64,000 nucleotides of DNA, taken from positions 22,506,001-22,570,000 of the forward strand of contig NC_043007.1 of assembly GCF_006345805.1 (NCBI RefSeq). Reading direction: 5' to 3'. The notes beneath the pieces were generated by a model. It made no database searches. It was not told the DNA's origin and saw nothing but the letters and a program-made list of their open reading frames with translations. This DNA comes from Octopus sinensis (taxonomy: Eukaryota). Positions within the stretch are counted from its first letter, which is position 1. The number at the start of each line of letters is the position of its first letter. The translations under genes and the position numbers were made by a program. Below, piece by piece: positions 46,618-64,000 of the stretch.

Positions 46618-47731
46618 TCATCAGGTCACTCCATAAGTTGTGTCCGATTTTACCTTTTTTAAAATTGAATGAGATTTAATAGAATTTTAGAATGTCCAAT
46701 GGAATTAAAATTTATTTTTATGCATTTCTGTACATTTAAACTAATTAAATTTTATTTTGCAGAATAATAGAATTAAAATTTCTTTGATTAAAACCCTTTC
46801 TAACATGGAAGTATCCAAAGAACACTTGAGGCACATAATGCTTTATGAGTACAAAAAAGGAAACTCTGCAGCTGAAGCGACTTGAAACATACACTCAGTT
46901 TATGGGGAAGAATGCTTGAATGAAAGAACTTACAGAAGATGGTTTGCAAAATTCAGAAATGGAGATTTCAGCCTTGAAGATGAAGATCGAACAGGACGTC
47001 CAGTTGAGTTTGATGATAAACTCCTTGAGGCATTACTTGAAGAAAATCTTGCATTATCAGTAGAAGAATTGGCAATAAAGCTTAGTTCAAACCATACAAC
47101 TGTTCATTGTCATCTTCAACATCTTGGAAAGGTTCTTAAAATTGGAAATTGTGTGCCTCCACAAATCCCGAGTTGACATCTGCTCTTCTCTCCATTCATG
47201 TGAACTCATTTCACCCTTTTTGGATAGACTTGTAATGAAAAATGGATCTTCTATTGAAATGTTAAACGTCGTAAACAGAGGCTTGGTAAAAGGGAAAAAG
47301 CTCAACCACAATTGGGAAGGGAACTTCATGGGAAAAAGGTTCTTCTCTCTATCTGGTGGGATTGCAAAGGAGTAATTCACTCTGAATTGTTACCACCTAA
47401 TGCAACAATCAATGCTCAAGTCTACTGTCAGCAATTAGAGCATTTGAACCAAGTTTTGAAGAAAAAAAGACTCGCTTTAGTGAATTGAAAAGGAGCGATG
47501 TTTCATCAGGATAATGCACAACCCCACACTGCAAAGATCACATCACAGAAGATTGAAGAGCTTGGTTGGGAAAAAATTCCTCATTCGCCTTGTTCTCCTG
47601 ACCTTGCTCCTCAGACTACCATTTGTTTCGTAGTTTACAGAATCATTTGGTGGACATAACTTTCGCAAGCCAGGAGGAGGTCGAAACCGATATTTCAGAC
47701 TTCTTCGCTTTGAAACCAAAAGAGTTTTATA
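46618..47731 (+). mobile_element. Mariner (DD34D) transposon, inactive, 3'-deleted
   Basis: TIR-like tcaggtcactccataagttgtgtccgattt; ATG at 46805 (MEVSKEHLRHIMLYEYKKG), stop at 46883; HTH motifs RRWFAKF, GRPVEFD; (D>N)EKW, HQDNA, SPDLAP.DYHLF with frameshifts; no right TIR. Confidence 0.93.
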
Positions 47732-49246
47732 GGAAGCAAAAACGAGTACAAATCACTCAAAGTTATTGAATAAGAAAACACATGAAAACAAGATTTTACA
47801 CATGTAGATTTATTTTATTAAGATATTTTGTAAAAAAAGGGTATTCAAAGAAAAACACTATATTTTAAGAGAACAAAGAACATCTCAACAAAAAAAATCT
47901 AGCATTTTTCTAAAAAGCTTTCAAAAAAATCTGCTACATTGTCACAATCATTGGCTAAATTCTAACACTTTGTGTGTTTTGAAACAAAAAATGTATTTTT
48001 GTAACATTTTACTATGCAGTAGTGTTCAATACTGTTTACATAAAACATGAAGTATAAAAAATATTGTTCTTATAGATATTTAATTGTACAGTTCAGGAAA
48101 TGTATTAAAAAAAAAAAGCCATAAAAGCAAATTTATCAAAGTTTTCTTGAAAATTTTTCTTAAAAAATATAGATTTACTTCAATCATTAGAAAAATTTTT
48201 TTTAATTTGTAGAATATTCGAAAATAAAGTATATAAATTCCTTTTGAAAAACTGATTTAGTTGCATTAAATGATTGTTATGTGTTCATATCTTGAAGGAT
48301 TGGGAAGGAAAAACGAACATCATGCACCAAAATGGAAGCCTTTGCAGTGGTAAGTGATTGCATTGGTAGCAGACATGTCAGCAACTAGTTCTACCTCATT
48401 AATATCCAACAACATCTTTGGAGATACATTTTTGTTATACATAAATATTAGCAAAAACTATTTCAGATTCAGTAAATTATTTGCTGTTTTAAATGAAACG
48501 GTTACTGTTTTAAATGAAAAGCTTACTCAACCTAGCAAGATGCAATAGAAAGAATATTAGACTGGACAAGAATTACCAAAAGTAGATTATGAAAGCAATT
48601 CTACCAAAGATCGGATGCAGGGCCTTCCATAATTCTTAGGATAACTGTAAAGGATTTGCCTATTTAATGGTGAGCAAAAACAGTCCAGATCTCAATTGAT
48701 AGCAATCATAGTGGAGAGAAAAAGAAAAAAGTCATCAAAGAAATGTACTATTCTCAATAAGTTGGAGACAGGAGTAAGAATTTAGATGCTGATGAAATCT
48801 TTGCACCAATAAATTTAATACAAAATAAAAATAAAAGTATTAGAGGGCAATGTTGACCTCAGACACATTGTAGTTACTTCAAAACATTTCTTCAACAAAT
48901 TATATTTGATATGTAAAACATTTCTTCAACAAATTATATTTGATATGTAAATTATGTTAAGCACATTAATTTTAACATTTATTAATAATTCTGTTTTACA
49001 ATAATAAAAAAAACTTGCTTTAATTTTCTTTGGTTTAAAATTTTCCAACAGAAATTGGAAGAAACATCTTGTGTTCAAATTCTGCTCAGATTCACTACAC
49101 ATCTACCTGAATACATAAAACTAATTACTAATTGTACATTAGAGTCATTACAATTGATAACCATTCAACTATAAAAATAAATTGAATAAAATCAAATCTT
49201 TACGAATTTCTCTTCAAAAAACTGAATGAGTCTCAAACCATTACGT

Positions 49247-62707
<13,461 letters not shown>

Positions 62708-62830
62708 AATCAGTCACGTTCCTTCGGCAAAGAAAAGTTCTGTTTGAATGGAATTGCCCGCGCACCGTCTCCTGACTGCGCATCTAGGGGGACCTAACTA
62801 AAAATTGCTTTTAGCCTTTTCAAGTCGACC
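62708..62830 (-). promoter_or_regulatory. CpG-containing 5' UTR/proximal promoter of PTGR1b
   Basis: Directly upstream of the ATG, CpG-retaining, homologous to 45134-45260. Confidence 0.5.
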
Positions 62831-64000
62831 TATATTTTGAGATTAAGAAAGTCAATTAATAGTGAGTGAGGGTGTATTTTCTTCAAATATTTACTTATAT
62901 CAAGTAAACAAATGACCTCTTAATGCATTAAAACCATCATAACATGATGAGATGACTATTTCAGAAAATTATCAGCGTTTTCTTTGAGTGTTTAAAAGAC
63001 AAATTTAGCTGGGGCAAAATGAGTAAGCCAAGATAAGATAAATTTGCTGCTCCCATTCACCCAGAGATAACATTTGAAAACAAGCCCGTGCACATCGTTA
63101 TCCATTCATAGACACTAGAAAGATCAGAAATGCAAAAATAAATAAATGAATGAATGAATAAATAAATAAAAATAAGAATTAAAAATCCAAATATCTGGGT
63201 CAAATGAAAGAGGATCAGGGAAAAAAAAACACGTGGAATTTAACGAAACTCGACAAAATAAAAAAAATATATAAAAAACTCAAGATAAAATATTTGCTGA
63301 TATTGTTGTTTGCTCCTTCTCGAGCTATGCCTGGCTCATAAAGGCCGGTTTTCTTAGGTTCCCCACCTGGACGGGACGACAGTCCGTCGCAGGTGAGCTG
63401 CAAGATGCAGGAGGAAAGAGTGAGAGAATGTTGTGGCGAAAGAGTCAGCAGAGATTCACCATTACCTACTGCTGGAGCCGCGTGGAGCTTAGGTGTTTCG
63501 CTCATAAACACACACATCACCCAGTCTGAGATTCGAACCCGCGATCCCTCGACCGCGAGTCCGCTACTCTAACCACTAGGCCACCCCTCATATTACTTAC
63601 CATTATTTTTTGAAACTTGAAAATTATCAAACTAGACAACAGTGTGAGAAAAATTGACTTGAAATCCAAAAGAAAAACGAATATTTATTGTTAATCACCA
63701 AAAATTATTCAGATATTTTATTAGCGACCTCAATTACAATCGGGTTCAAAGTTGGAAACAATTTTTTGGAAACCGGACTTGCCACCTGACGATGTTTCGG
63801 TCTCTCACAACTTTTATAACTATGCTGACTGATACAGCAGCACCAAATAATCAAACCATACTTGCAATGTCATGATTTCAAAGAGGTAAGGAGAAAATAA
63901 CGAGAAATCAGGAGTTACTCATTTTGACCCGGTTACTAATTTTGCACGACCGGCCATCCTTAGAAAATTTCCTTAAAAGAATTTGATTGAAAGATATGGA

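Noticed and set aside
63770-63805. CTGACGA on + and GAAAC-AUC-GUC on - suggesting a hammerhead half
   Set aside because: Neither strand has both core halves with pairing stems I and II.

Overview
AT-rich, repeat-dense eukaryotic DNA, most likely from an octopus (inferred from the tRNA-derived SINE families and microsatellite landscape; not confirmed by a search). There are three protein-coding loci. (1) The 3' part of a KIF7/KIF27-type kinesin-4 gene on the + strand: 13 coding exons, 5051-29512, with the motor domain outside the window to the left. (2, 3) Two complete, intact, tandemly duplicated 9-exon prostaglandin reductase 1 (PTGR1) genes on the - strand, 32997-45133 and 49247-62707, 330 aa each. 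By hand count they differ at about 28 aa, clustered in exons 3, 4, 7 and 8. The ~16-17 kb duplication lets the paralogs serve as filled/empty-site controls for many insertions. Introns contain four SINE families, several LINE families (RTE and CR1-group), non-autonomous Helitrons, piggyBac-, hAT- and other MITEs, a dead mariner, and mini- and microsatellites. The most unusual signal is three families of small, probably Penelope-derived elements carrying minimal type I hammerhead ribozyme folds. Two have non-canonical cores: a G3:C8-swapped GUGAACA core at 58065-58115 and a CUGUUGA (A6U) core at 41488-41525. The third has a CUGAAGA core fused to a tRNA-like Pol III head at 44494-44774. Also notable are a 2.9 kb composite of tandem arrays with a ~490 bp fold-back inside one SINE (629-3550), and one-sided CpG decay of one paralog's promoter. 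All alignments, folds and counts were done by eye; no database search or folding program was run.
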